Source: Thermodesulfobacteriota bacterium
GTDB lineage: Bacteria; Desulfobacterota; Desulfarculia; JACQYL01
Assembly (NCBI GenBank): GCA_963675595.2
Contig: CAXXLZ010000001.1
Span: 864,001-928,000, forward strand
Direction: 5' to 3'
Length of the DNA stretch: 64,000 nucleotides
The translations under genes were made by a program, and so were the position numbers. Positions 18,788-28,854 of the stretch are shown here, in pieces. The notes under the pieces were generated by a model, which saw only the letters and a list, made by a program, of their open reading frames with translations, ran no database searches and had not been told where the DNA came from. Within the stretch, counting starts at the first letter, position 1; every line of letters starts with the position of its first letter.

Positions 18788-20968
18788 TCAAGGCGTCTTT
18801 TCACCGGTTACGGCACCCCGCAGCCAATGCCATGCGGCGTCGATGTCGAAGAATCTAGATCCATAACCGAGGGCGCGCAGTCTCTTCGGCAGGAAGTGAT
18901 CATGCTTTTCTGTGATTGTATCCGCCGCATTCTCCGCAAGTTGTTCCGGAGTCGGCTTGGGTTTTCGGAGGATGTCCTCGACCGCCGCGACAAAGTCGTT
19001 CTCTTGACCTTCGAAAACGTCGATCACACCGGCGAAACAGTCGACCGTGAGTCCTTCCCCGCGCAAGAGAGCGGAAATCGTGTGGCAGGTTTCGTCTCCA
19101 AGCCAGGGAAGGATATGGAGATGTCTTTCATTCCGAATCACACTCGCGTTTTCGAGCCCCAGGGAACGAAAGCACTCGACTCCCTCTTCGAACAGGGCCT
19201 TGGCGGCGCGATCCAGGTAGATCGGCATCGTCCCGTCCCGGTACACCCGAAACATTTCCCGCCTTACCCGGTCATGTACCCCATATCCGCTTCCTCCAAA
19301 CCTCGGAGGTTTACCGCCTACGGCTCTCTTGAGCACTACCCGCTTGTTGTCGGGATCCACATGCCGGACTTCCCACCTCCTGCCGGCGAACACAACCAGT
19401 TGTCCCTCAAACAAAGGATTGTCGATGGGGACCGTGCCCAGAATTCGTCCTTCGAACTCCAGGCGGTACTCTTCCGGAGTCTTGAAAGCGGTATAGAACG
19501 TATAGTGTTCGACGAGTCTTTCCCCTTTGCGGCCGAGAACGATTTGTCCGTCCCGTGTTTGTGTGATGAGGTCGTGTTCTCCGAGGCTCCTGAGGAACTC
19601 CACGTACAGGTTCCGGTCGATCCGCCCAAAGGGGCCGGTGTCGCAGAGCAGCGACCAGAGCTGCACGGCCGCCACGCCGCCGTATTGACCGATGACGGAG
19701 AGGGTTTGTTGCACCAACGTCGACAGATGGTACCGGCTCTCCTGGGGCGGCTCATACCATTTATCGAGCAACAGGTTGATCATGGCGATGCACTGGAAGG
19801 TTTCCAGGCGCAACCGATCCCGCAGGTGACTTCTTGAAGTGACCTCATCCTCGGTGATGAACAACCTCAGAACGGCGGGTTCGCCTCTTCGTCCGGACCG
19901 ACCGAGACGCTGACGCAAACCGGCCACCGAATGCGGGGCGGTCACTTGAGCAATGGAATCCACCGATCCGATGTCGATTCCAAGTTCGAGAGTCATGGTA
20001 CAAATTGCGGTGGTCGGTTTTTTCCCTTGTTGGAGCCTGCACTCCAGACCCTCGCGAATTTCCTTGGAGAGATTCCCATGATGGGGGAAGAATTCGTTGG
20101 GAACTCCGTCGCGGTTGCAGCGGTCCGCCAAGCCGGCGGCGATTTCTTCCGTCCTCCGTCGCGTATTGGCGAAGACCAGATGCGACTTTCCTCTCAAGAC
20201 GGCGTAAAGGTCGTCCTCGACCCGTTCGAACACCGGTGGGTCGGTACCCTCGGGGTAGGCCGGGGAGCGATAGCCCCTGAGCTGTATTTTCAGGTCGGAC
20301 TTGCTTGCCGTTGATTCGATGATTTCGCAGGGAACGTCTTGATTGGGCCTCAGGCACTTTGCGACACGGTCCAGCTCGCCCAGCGTGGCGCTGAGCGCGA
20401 TTCGAGGAATAGTCCGGCGTAGTAGGAATTCCAGCCGGTGCATCAGAGACTGCAGTTGGCGGCCTCGCTCGGTGCCTATGAAGGAATGAAACTCATCGAT
20501 GATGAGGTAACGCAATCCGTTGAATGCGGAGCCGATCCAATTCGTTTGGTTCAGAAGCAGCGACTCCAGAGATTCGGGCGTAATCAAAAGAACGCCGCCG
20601 GGCTTCTTTCTCTGCCTGTTCTTGAGGGAGGGGCCCACATCTCCATGCCACGGAGTCACCTGCAACCGCAGCAGATCGCAGAGGTCTTGAAGTCTCCGAT
20701 ACTGATCGTTGATCAATGCCTTCAAGGGGCTGATATAGAGGATTCCAATACCGTCGAGTTCGAGTCGCGCAATGTGTGAACAAGCGGGAAGGAACGCGGC
20801 CTCCGTCTTTCCGGAGGCTGTGGAAGCGCTGAGGACAACGTCGCAATCCCCTCTCAGAATCGGTTCGACGGACCGTTCCTGAATATCGCGAAGGGCCCGC
20901 CAACCCTGCTTCCACACCCAGCGCCGCACTCCCTCGTGTAACAAAGCAAAGGCGCGAGACTCACTCAT
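18788..20968 (-). CDS. sngC: Shango system Lhr-like DEAD/DEAH helicase
   Basis: ASGKTEA, DEFH, LSAT, TLELGIDIG and QRLGRSGRR motifs; lies after the TerB-like and DUF2791 ATPase genes. Confidence 0.85.
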   Translation of the reverse strand: MSESRAFALLHEGVRRWVWKQGWRALRDIQERSVEPILRGDCDVVLSASTASGKTEAAFLPACSHIARLELDGIGILYISPLKALINDQYRRLQDLCDLLRLQVTPWHGDVGPSLKNRQRKKPGGVLLITPESLESLLLNQTNWIGSAFNGLRYLIIDEFHSFIGTERGRQLQSLMHRLEFLLRRTIPRIALSATLGELDRVAKCLRPNQDVPCEIIESTASKSDLKIQLRGYRSPAYPEGTDPPVFERVEDDLYAVLRGKSHLVFANTRRRTEEIAAGLADRCNRDGVPNEFFPHHGNLSKEIREGLECRLQQGKKPTTAICTMTLELGIDIGSVDSIAQVTAPHSVAGLRQRLGRSGRRGEPAVLRLFITEDEVTSRSHLRDRLRLETFQCIAMINLLLDKWYEPPQESRYHLSTLVQQTLSVIGQYGGVAAVQLWSLLCDTGPFGRIDRNLYVEFLRSLGEHDLITQTRDGQIVLGRKGERLVEHYTFYTAFKTPEEYRLEFEGRILGTVPIDNPLFEGQLVVFAGRRWEVRHVDPDNKRVVLKRAVGGKPPRFGGSGYGVHDRVRREMFRVYRDGTMPIYLDRAAKALFEEGVECFRSLGLENASVIRNERHLHILPWLGDETCHTISALLRGEGLTVDCFAGVIDVFEGQENDFVAAVEDILRKPKPTPEQLAENAADTITEKHDHFLPKRLRALGYGSRFFDIDAAWHWLRGAVTGEKTP

Positions 20969-20976
20969 GCGAAACC

Positions 20977-22302
20977 TCAGAGCCTGAAAGAGGCCAATTC
21001 ATCATTGTCGTCGGCATCCGTCGTTCCCACGGAGGGCATATTGGTGTCGGCCTCTTCAGGAATGCGGACTCGACTGATGAGCCGGTCCCAGTGCAGATCG
21101 GGATTCTGCTCGAGGATCGCCAGGAGATCGACAAACGCCTTGATGGTGTTGCGCGGCGTTCTGAAGTAGGCGTCTCCGACTCGCTCGGAACAATGGGCCA
21201 GAAAAGCGGTCAGCGCCTCATCGGGAACCAGGTACTTGTCTTGATCGCCCCCGGCGAAAACATGGCGCAGGTTGCGCAGCAGAACATACAGCTCTTCCGG
21301 GGCAAGATTGGCCAGGTGAAGGGTTGGGGCGTAGTAGTCCACAAGTCCGGCTTTTTCGGCGAAGGCATTGTCGGCCAGACGGGATTGCAGGGCTTCATAG
21401 CTGTAGAGACCTTTGCGCGGGTCCAGCAAAAAATCGGGGGTGCCGCCCAGAATGAAGCCGATGTGCCCGGCGCTTCCCTGCAGGCAATCATTCAGAATGT
21501 GCAATATCTTTTCATAGTTGGAAACACGCGCCTTTTGACTAGGAAGCTTGTACAGGGCGACGGTTTCATCCAGGTTGACCAAGAGGCCTTGATAGCCCGC
21601 CTGCCGAACGAACAAACTCATGAGCTTCAAATGGTCGTAAATGTCTGCGTCATCAACGATGGTGCGCACGCCCAGAGCGCTACGCGCCTCCGTCTTCGTA
21701 GTGAATTCGCCTCGAAACCAACGCACTGCGTCGGACTTGAGTTGCCGGTTGTCCTGTTCATGCCCTTTCCAGTATGCGGAAACCACTTTGGCGAAGTCGT
21801 ACCCGCCCACCAGTTCGCTCAAGTGATCCAACTGCTGGGAAATCACGGAATCCACCGTCTCGCCCGACGAGTCCGAATGTTTGCGCGCTTCCGTGATGAA
21901 CCGTTCCACAACACTCGACAAGGCATTGCCTTCCGGCTTCGTGCGTGTGGAAATATTCTTCATTAGTTCGGCGTAAAGGTTCCTCGCTTGTCCGCCGGTC
22001 GCGTGAAGCCGCCTTTCGGGAGACAGATCGGCGTGCACGGCGACCAAGCCCTTCTCCAGCGCTATGGAGCGAATCAATTGCAGAAAGAACGTCTTACCCG
22101 AACCGAACTCTCCAATGATCAGGCGGAACGCGGAACCCCCGTCGGATATGCGTTCGATGTCCTTGAGCAAGGCCGCGACCTCGCGGACCCGGCCGACCTG
22201 AATATGCTGCAAACCGATACGCGGCGTCACTCCGGCACGAAGCGACTGAATCACGGCGTCCCGTTCCCTGGGGCGGAGTTTCGGTTTGTTCTCATTGAGC
22301 AT
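20977..22302 (-). CDS. sngB: Shango system P-loop ATPase (DUF2791/BrxD-like)
   Basis: QSLRAGVTPRIGLQHIQVGR, Walker A GEFGSGKT, Walker B LLVNLDE. Confidence 0.87.
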   Translation of the reverse strand: MLNENKPKLRPRERDAVIQSLRAGVTPRIGLQHIQVGRVREVAALLKDIERISDGGSAFRLIIGEFGSGKTFFLQLIRSIALEKGLVAVHADLSPERRLHATGGQARNLYAELMKNISTRTKPEGNALSSVVERFITEARKHSDSSGETVDSVISQQLDHLSELVGGYDFAKVVSAYWKGHEQDNRQLKSDAVRWFRGEFTTKTEARSALGVRTIVDDADIYDHLKLMSLFVRQAGYQGLLVNLDETVALYKLPSQKARVSNYEKILHILNDCLQGSAGHIGFILGGTPDFLLDPRKGLYSYEALQSRLADNAFAEKAGLVDYYAPTLHLANLAPEELYVLLRNLRHVFAGGDQDKYLVPDEALTAFLAHCSERVGDAYFRTPRNTIKAFVDLLAILEQNPDLHWDRLISRVRIPEEADTNMPSVGTTDADDNDELASFRL

Positions 22303-24529
22303 CGATCATCTCCTTGGCCAGGCTCACGTCCACGTAGACGGGGTCTCCGTCGTCGAGGAGAGGAGCATGTGCGGTATCGAAAGCCCATTCATTGAGCACT
22401 TCCATGGCGCCGTCCACCATGAGCCCCAGTTCTTTGCACAGTTCATGAAACGCGGTTCGGTCCCATGTTTCTTTGGTGATGAGTCGGTCGAAAAGCTTCC
22501 GATGGGGACGATCCAATCCCACGAGCGGATCCTTGTTGGAAACGACATCTCCGGAAGGCGTCTCGGCCTCGAGAGCCTCTTCGGTCCGTTCGGAGAATAT
22601 CCGCTCCAGCACACCTTGCACCTGTCGCGTTTCCTCTTCTCGAATCCTGATCAACTCTTCATTCAGCTGAAACCGTTTTGCGGGGGGCGGCTCCGCCCTC
22701 GGCTTTGGAACGGAAAAAATGGGTTCCCGGTCTCGAAAGGCCACGGTCACCGGCTCGGTTTCCGCGGCCAAGGCATGAATATCCCCGGCAACCCGATCCT
22801 TTTCCAGGCCGATGGAGGCATAAAGCTTTTCCAGTTGCCTGACTTCCTTCGGGGCTATGCGGCCGTCCGCATGGGCCACCGAAATCAGTATGCGACTGAT
22901 TGCGTTTTTTTCCGGGACATCGAGTCGCGAAAGAATGGGTTTCAGACCCGCCGCACCCTGTGGGGTTCTCATGCACCAAGTCAAGAAAGCGGATAGGGAA
23001 TTCTTTTCAATATCGGTGAGTCGACGGTCGTCCCGTATCAAATGTCTGAGCGTCGCCTCTTCAGCCGGCGACAGGTCCCGGTCGATTTGGCTTACCAGAG
23101 CCCCGAGTCGAAGAACGGCGCCCATGGTTCGGAACTCCGGCGACGGCCGGAAATCCGAACCATGTCCCTGAGGAAAGACCGCCACTTTGCCGCCGGGGTC
23201 CGGCTTCATGGGATGAAATCGAACGTCGGGCGCCATTCCGAATCCCGCCGCCTGCATCACGATCGCCAGGTTCTCCGCGTCTTTTTTGGTCATTCGTTCG
23301 GGAGACTCCCGGCCGAAGCCCTCATAGAGGACATCCACGTCGATCAACGTGGGACCGTTGGCGCAAATGCGGGCAAGGCTTCCTTTTGCCGCGATGACGT
23401 TGGGAGACTTGCTCTTCAATTGGTCGGGAAGAAGCGCCAGGGTGTCCAAAGAGTCGGCGTCGGCCCCTTTTCTCGCGAGCCAACGGCTGTAGGGTTCCAA
23501 GTCGGCCGTGCATTCTTCCACTAGCCCGCTCAGTTTCTTCAATGGTGCGGTCAGAATGAACGGATTGGGGATGTCCGGCGTCCTGAGTTTCAGACCACCC
23601 GCCAGGGAAGGACTCGCGGCGCGATATTGGACCTTCAGAGGCGTCTTGTTCGGCTTGACGACCAGCCCCGCGCCGAAACACTTTTCGTATCGGGCGGCGA
23701 AAAGTTCCCGGAACTCCCTCGCGCAGCGACGCGCGGGCGTCTTAAGTCCGAAGTCGGGATGCAAAGTGTACCATTGGAGCGCCAAGTCCGCGGGGATGGG
23801 TTTTCCCTCGGCGACCATCCGCGCAAGGAGGAACTGAAAGGATGGCAGGCAGTATCGGTCGTTGAGGTCAAGATAGTCGGGCACGGGTTCGTCGCTGCGA
23901 TACACCATCCATTCCATGGCGAGCAGGCCGTGGGCGTAGCGGCGAAACGACCGATTGCTTCCGTAGATGGCGAGCAGGCGTTTCACTTCGTCGATAATTT
24001 CCCGCCGCTCACGGTCGGAGATGCCTTCCCGTTGACCGTCGACGAATAATCGACGTTCGAGACCATAGAAGAACAAAAAGACATATCCGATATAGGTTTC
24101 AGGTTCGGACCGTCCGGTGGCCGGCCATTTCAGGTAGGCGCCGCGGCACTTTGCCGGAATCGTCGCATACCTCGGCCAATAATCCATTTCGTCGCCGGCC
24201 TCCCAGGGTTCCGCCGGCGATACCTTGAGCCTTGGGTTGATGAGACACGCGTCGTCGCCGTACCCGTGGATATCCGGCAGGCGTTCGCCCACGTAGATCA
24301 GCCCGCCGGGGATGTCATAGCCTTGTACGGTGACGGGCCGGTCCTTTCCGTACCATTGTGTCGGTTTCTTCCTGGAGCGCGAAGAAGGGGCGGGCGCACT
24401 CTCATCGGCGTTCAGTATGTCGTGACGGAAGGTCGGTTCCGGGCGTTTCGATACGTCTTTTTGGGAGAAGAGTCTCCTCACGACACGATACGCGAGATAC
24501 AGGAGAAACAGGCCGACGAGCAGTTTCAT
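22292..24529 (-). CDS. sngA: Shango system TerB_N/TerB/TerB_C protein with N-terminal TM helix
   Basis: YWPRYATIP..CRGAYLKW and IGYVFLFFYGLERR (TerB_N); ADGRIAPKE (TerB); GLMVDGAMEVLNEWAFD (TerB_C). Confidence 0.87.
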   Translation of the reverse strand: MKLLVGLFLLYLAYRVVRRLFSQKDVSKRPEPTFRHDILNADESAPAPSSRSRKKPTQWYGKDRPVTVQGYDIPGGLIYVGERLPDIHGYGDDACLINPRLKVSPAEPWEAGDEMDYWPRYATIPAKCRGAYLKWPATGRSEPETYIGYVFLFFYGLERRLFVDGQREGISDRERREIIDEVKRLLAIYGSNRSFRRYAHGLLAMEWMVYRSDEPVPDYLDLNDRYCLPSFQFLLARMVAEGKPIPADLALQWYTLHPDFGLKTPARRCAREFRELFAARYEKCFGAGLVVKPNKTPLKVQYRAASPSLAGGLKLRTPDIPNPFILTAPLKKLSGLVEECTADLEPYSRWLARKGADADSLDTLALLPDQLKSKSPNVIAAKGSLARICANGPTLIDVDVLYEGFGRESPERMTKKDAENLAIVMQAAGFGMAPDVRFHPMKPDPGGKVAVFPQGHGSDFRPSPEFRTMGAVLRLGALVSQIDRDLSPAEEATLRHLIRDDRRLTDIEKNSLSAFLTWCMRTPQGAAGLKPILSRLDVPEKNAISRILISVAHADGRIAPKEVRQLEKLYASIGLEKDRVAGDIHALAAETEPVTVAFRDREPIFSVPKPRAEPPPAKRFQLNEELIRIREEETRQVQGVLERIFSERTEEALEAETPSGDVVSNKDPLVGLDRPHRKLFDRLITKETWDRTAFHELCKELGLMVDGAMEVLNEWAFDTAHAPLLDDGDPVYVDVSLAKEMIDAQ

Positions 24530-24751
24530 ATTCCGTTCTCCCCGGGAGCGGACGGCTGAGGAACAGTGCACGTGTACCGTATGAGCGGCTCCGTTGGACA
24601 CTGCTTTCCGTCCGGATTATACGAATCCGATGTCCGGTGTCAAAGGATGAACGACCATTTCGAGCGGAAGGAACCTGATTCAGGGAGATCGGGGGCATGA
24701 TCGGTGACTTTGAAGTGATTTCGCCCGGTGATTTAATGAATCAGGGCCCGC

Positions 24752-25561
24752 TTACAGGACGCCGAGGATCCAGCCCTCGACCGCGGCGACTTCGCGTTCT
24801 CCGGGCAACAGGGAGGGTTTGAAAAATTTCGGGAGGCTGCCGTCGAGATCGGCCTGCCGCAGCCAGGTGGCGGCCGCACAGGCATCCTGCTGATCCGGCG
24901 TGCGACCCTCTTGTGGAAAGATGTGCTTCCACAGGGACGGGTAGACCTCCGCCAGAGCCGAACGTCCCGCGGGAATGTCCCACCCGTCAAAGGGCCAACA
25001 GTGAACGCGCTCCCCGAGCCGATTTCGCAGAAAACGCAGCCAGGGAAGACCGGCATGGGTGGACTTGGCCACCGAACCGGGCACATCGAAATGAAAGACC
25101 GACTTGGCGCCGGCCCGTTCCTCGGCGATTCTTCTCCAACGGCTGTTCCCGGTGCGCGCCTCGGCGTGGCCCAAAGATCCGTCTCTGACGAAATCGACAT
25201 AAGTGGCTTTCAGGTCCGTGGGCCAGTGCTGATGAAAGTCATCCAGAAAAGTCGGCCAATCAGGATTCAGACGGTGCACTTCGAAGTAGCGCAGAGGAAA
25301 AGAAAAACCGTGGTCTATTCCCACCAGGGTCGGCGCGTCTTCGGACAGCCGCTCGACGAGCCACTGGGCAAGACCGCGCCGGGTCCAGTACTTGCGAGGG
25401 CTTGAGGGCGGCTGAACCTCCACCGGCAAGGACTCGCGTGTCGCCTCGTAGACCCGAAGCCCCTTCAGACTCGTTTCCGGGGTTGCGGCGCCTGAGTAAT
25501 CGATGCCGATGTAACGCTTGAAAGAAGGTTTGACGCGCTCCGGCATCCTTATGACCACCAT
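24752..25561 (-). CDS. DUF429-like predicted RNase H-fold nuclease
   Basis: YIGIDYSGA, VGIDHGFSFP, AEVYPSL and DQQDACA acidic motifs. Confidence 0.6.
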   Translation of the reverse strand: MVVIRMPERVKPSFKRYIGIDYSGAATPETSLKGLRVYEATRESLPVEVQPPSSPRKYWTRRGLAQWLVERLSEDAPTLVGIDHGFSFPLRYFEVHRLNPDWPTFLDDFHQHWPTDLKATYVDFVRDGSLGHAEARTGNSRWRRIAEERAGAKSVFHFDVPGSVAKSTHAGLPWLRFLRNRLGERVHCWPFDGWDIPAGRSALAEVYPSLWKHIFPQEGRTPDQQDACAAATWLRQADLDGSLPKFFKPSLLPGEREVAAVEGWILGVL

Positions 25562-25777
25562 GCCCGCGCACCTCGCTTATTCAAAGGTATGGCCAAATTT
25601 CATCCACTCGGAGGGGGAGTCCCTTCGCGCAACTCCCGATCAGGGTTGCCGTGACACCTTCCTCGTTTTCAAGGTCTCATGAGTCCGCATACCCGGCCGG
25701 GTCTTCGGCAATCTCTCGCAGATGCGCTTTTCATGTCGCAAGTCCCGTCGTGAGCTGGTCGTAAGACTTGTCACAAC

Positions 25778-26794
25778 CTATTCATCGGTATTCGGCTTCA
25801 AGCGTTTGCGGCCCTTGTCGGTCAGGCGGTATTTCTGTCGGCTGCTGCGGGGCTTATCCGGGATGGTCATTTCAATCAGTTCGGATTTGAGGGCGGGCAG
25901 CAGATATCGTTTGCGGAAATGCTCGTCGTCTCTCAGCCCCAGCGCGGCCTTGAGCCGGCGACGGGTCATTTCTCCCGAAAAAGCGGAGAGTAATGCGACT
26001 TCCGGGGTAGCTTCCCGGGTGACTTCCGGGGTCGGGGCGAGGATCGCATCCAGGGTCATGCGAAGCATGAAGGCGATGAAGGGCGCGCAATCGGTCCCTC
26101 GCGTGCTCTCCTGCAACGCTTGGTAGTACTCGGCCTGATGCTCGAAGATCAGGCTCTCCACCGGGATGTCGGCGAGCAGGGGATTCCAATGCGTCAGAAT
26201 CAGGCTCTGCCACAGCCGCCCCATGCGCCCGTTGCCGTCGGCAAAAGGGTGGATGAATTCGAACTCGTAGTGAAACACGCAACCGGTCACCAAAGGATGT
26301 TCGTCGGTGGTTTTCAGCCAATCAAGCAGATCGAACATCAATTGGGGCACCCGGTCCGCCGGAGGAGCCATGTGGATCACCCGCGGGCCCGCCTTGACCC
26401 CTACGCCGCCGGACCGGTACATGCCCGCCTCGTCGGCCAGGCCGGACATCAAAATGCGATGCGCCTCCAGCAGGTCTTTTTCCGTCTTGGGTTTCCAGGT
26501 ATTGAACCGGTCGTAGGCGGCCGGCGCGTTTTTCACCTCCCGCACCTCGCGCGGCGAAGCGATCACCCGTTTGCCCTCAAGAATCGTGGTCATCTGGTCC
26601 TCGCTCAGAGTGTTGCCCTCGATGGCCAGGAACCCATGAATGGTGCGGATGCGATTGACACGCCGCACCCGCAGCGCCCTGGGCCGGTCGGTGAGCACGG
26701 ACAGCCGCCCTGGGTCAAAGCTGATCGCGGCGACCCGGATCAGGATGTCGGGGGTGATGGTGTAGGGCGGCTGGAAGGTGGAGGGCTTGATCAT
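25778..26794 (-). CDS. Fic family protein with C-terminal HTH
   Basis: Canonical HPFADGNGRMGR; C-terminal IEMTIPDKPRSSRQKYRLT. ATG 26794 overlaps the upstream stop. Confidence 0.92.
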   Translation of the reverse strand: MIKPSTFQPPYTITPDILIRVAAISFDPGRLSVLTDRPRALRVRRVNRIRTIHGFLAIEGNTLSEDQMTTILEGKRVIASPREVREVKNAPAAYDRFNTWKPKTEKDLLEAHRILMSGLADEAGMYRSGGVGVKAGPRVIHMAPPADRVPQLMFDLLDWLKTTDEHPLVTGCVFHYEFEFIHPFADGNGRMGRLWQSLILTHWNPLLADIPVESLIFEHQAEYYQALQESTRGTDCAPFIAFMLRMTLDAILAPTPEVTREATPEVALLSAFSGEMTRRRLKAALGLRDDEHFRKRYLLPALKSELIEMTIPDKPRSSRQKYRLTDKGRKRLKPNTDE

Positions 26795-27441
26795 GGCTTC
26801 TTCCTCCGCTTGGCGGTTCGCACCTTGTACAAGCGCTCGGTGAAGCCTCCTTCGTTTTCGAAATCCAGCGCCAAGCGTTCGACCTGCCGGTCGAGGAGAT
26901 AGCATGCAAGGTTCAGAAGCGAAAGCGCGCCGTTGGCCGCCAGACAAGCTGATGTTATGAACTGGCACGGACGTTCACCGACCAGCACGGACGAATTGTC
27001 ACCGGGCTTGTCCCTGTTCGTCAGTGCCTGTCCTTGTCTGTCCGTGTTACTTTTCCGCTCCTCTTCCACCCAAGCCGCGAAATCTTCCACTGTGTGCGGC
27101 TTCTGCTGTTTGAAGCACACCAAGGCGGGGTGGCTTGGTGCCAGTATTGCCAGTCCCCGCTGGCGCAAAAAATCCTCATAGTCGAGCTTCAGCTCTTCCA
27201 GGCTGGCGCGGGCCACCTGGGTGAGTTTCAGTTCGGTCTTTTTCGAGGTGGCCGAGGCCTGCGATCCTTCGGCGATATTCTGCACCCCACTCCGCGCCGC
27301 CTGCACCATCTGGTCCTTTGTCCGACTGAAACGGTCCACGTACCGGTCGCAGAACCGCACTGTGATGTCGTAACAAAGCTGTGCCATCTGAAAGCTCTTC
27401 AGCTTGCGGTAACCGCCATGTTTGGGGATCAGGTCGGACAT
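26791..27441 (-). CDS. Four-helix-bundle (suffix-domain type) protein, Avd/IVP-like fold
   Basis: GGYRKLKSFQ...DQMVQAARSGVQNIAEGS...ARASLEELKLDYEDFLRQR...GGFTERLY. Confidence 0.85.
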   Translation of the reverse strand: MSDLIPKHGGYRKLKSFQMAQLCYDITVRFCDRYVDRFSRTKDQMVQAARSGVQNIAEGSQASATSKKTELKLTQVARASLEELKLDYEDFLRQRGLAILAPSHPALVCFKQQKPHTVEDFAAWVEEERKSNTDRQGQALTNRDKPGDNSSVLVGERPCQFITSACLAANGALSLLNLACYLLDRQVERLALDFENEGGFTERLYKVRTAKRRKKP

Positions 27442-27537
27442 GGCATCTCCCTATACCCGCGCCGTCACGGCGTTGAGCAGTTCGGTTCGCTTAGCTTTGG
27501 CGGCGTCGATCTGACGCTCCAGCGTGTCGCAAATCGC

Positions 27538-28437
27538 CATCAACCGGTCGATCTTGGCGACGATGCGGTGTTGTTCGGGGAGCGGGGGCAGTCCCACAAC
27601 GATTGAAAAAAGCCTGTAAGTCTCAAGGCGGCAGGTGCCGTGAGTTGAGCGCTCCACGAGACCGAGGAAATCTCTCCTCCTTCCCTTTGTCAGGATCAAT
27701 AGGAATTCTTGAATGTCCTGAAAGTATGGACATAGTGCTTTCATGTCCTGGTTAACGGTTACAACGGTCTTAGTGATCGCAGTTGGAAACGAATGCGCAA
27801 GAATCATCCCTCTTACCACCAAGAGCAACGCTTGCTCGGGAATCAGTCTAACTGAACTCCCTGATACAGCTTCTCCTGAAATATGATCTTGGCAATCGTA
27901 GATGTAATCAACCTTCATGTCCTTAGGGCTAACCCAAGGAATATGACCGTTCCAATAATGATGTTTAGATTTACTCGGAGTTCCACCGCCTAAAATATAG
28001 CCAAGATCACCGAGTCGCACCCACTTCCACCCCTTCGGCGGTTCGTAGGGCACTTCTTCCGGCTTGATGGGAGGCAGAGGCTTGGGCTTCTTGATCTTGT
28101 CTGCCTTCACCAAGCGCTGTTTTTCCGCTTCGATTGCTTTCAGCAGTTCGCCGGCGGGTGGGTCGTTGGGGTCTTGGGGGACGAGGCGGCCCATGACGGC
28201 GAGCTGGAGCACGGCCTTGCGCAGTTCGGCGACGTTCTCCTTAACCGTGTAGAGTTCGCCGAAGTGCTTCCGGATAAAATTCCAGGCCGAGCCCTCCGGC
28301 GAGTCGAGCAGTTGCTGGATGGCGGCGGCGTGGACGGCGAGCCGCTTATCCTCCCGCTCGGTTCGGAGCTTTTCGAGTCCGTCGCAACGGGTCATCAACC
28401 GGTCGATCTTGGCGACGATGCGGTGTTGTTCGGGGAG
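27538..28437. repeat. 45-bp identical direct repeat in the hsdS conserved regions (27538-27582 and 28393-28437)
   Basis: CATCAACCGGTCGATCTTGGCGACGATGCGGTGTTGTTCGGGGAG occurs twice; a second, longer imperfect repeat lies at about 28018-28200 and 30761-30945. Confidence 0.85.
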
Positions 28438-28854
28438 GGGAGGAAGTGGAATTTCAAATTGCTCCAGAATTTTCTTACTGAGTCCTTCGCGAGCCATACC
28501 CACTTGTCTCGTCCAGATTATTTTCTGGCAATGTGGCGACAGCAGGAAATAGTGAAGATATGTCCTGAGTTCATCATGTAGGCAACGAATAATAGTGACA
28601 TGCTGGCTGACGTTAGCTTCCTTCAAATCATCTGGCGCAATAGCTGCCCGACCAAGAGAAGCTCCAGTAATGTTGAGCAAGATGTCTCCCGAAAAAACGG
28701 CCGTTGCTCCCATCTTCTTATGAATTTGGGACGTAATGAAAGCAACATCGTCCAACTTAAGTCCATCATTCCAGACATTCTGGGAGCGTAGAAAAGGTAT
28801 TCCATCCGTAACGTATGCGCTTTTCCCACCCCGTGGAGTGCTGCCGGATCCAAT

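Noticed and set aside
18788-24529. BREX or tellurite-resistance operon
   Set aside because: No PglZ/PglX or terZABCDE genes; the TerB-like + DUF2791 + Lhr order matches Shango.
25580-25730. Possible gene remnant on the minus strand (DLENEEGVTATLIGSCAKGLPLRVDEIWPYL)
   Set aside because: Too short, with no start codon or diagnostic motif.
12380-27441. Diversity-generating retroelement (FGE/CLec target plus Avd-like four-helix bundle)
   Set aside because: No reverse transcriptase in the window, and no template-repeat copy of the FGE 3' end was seen.
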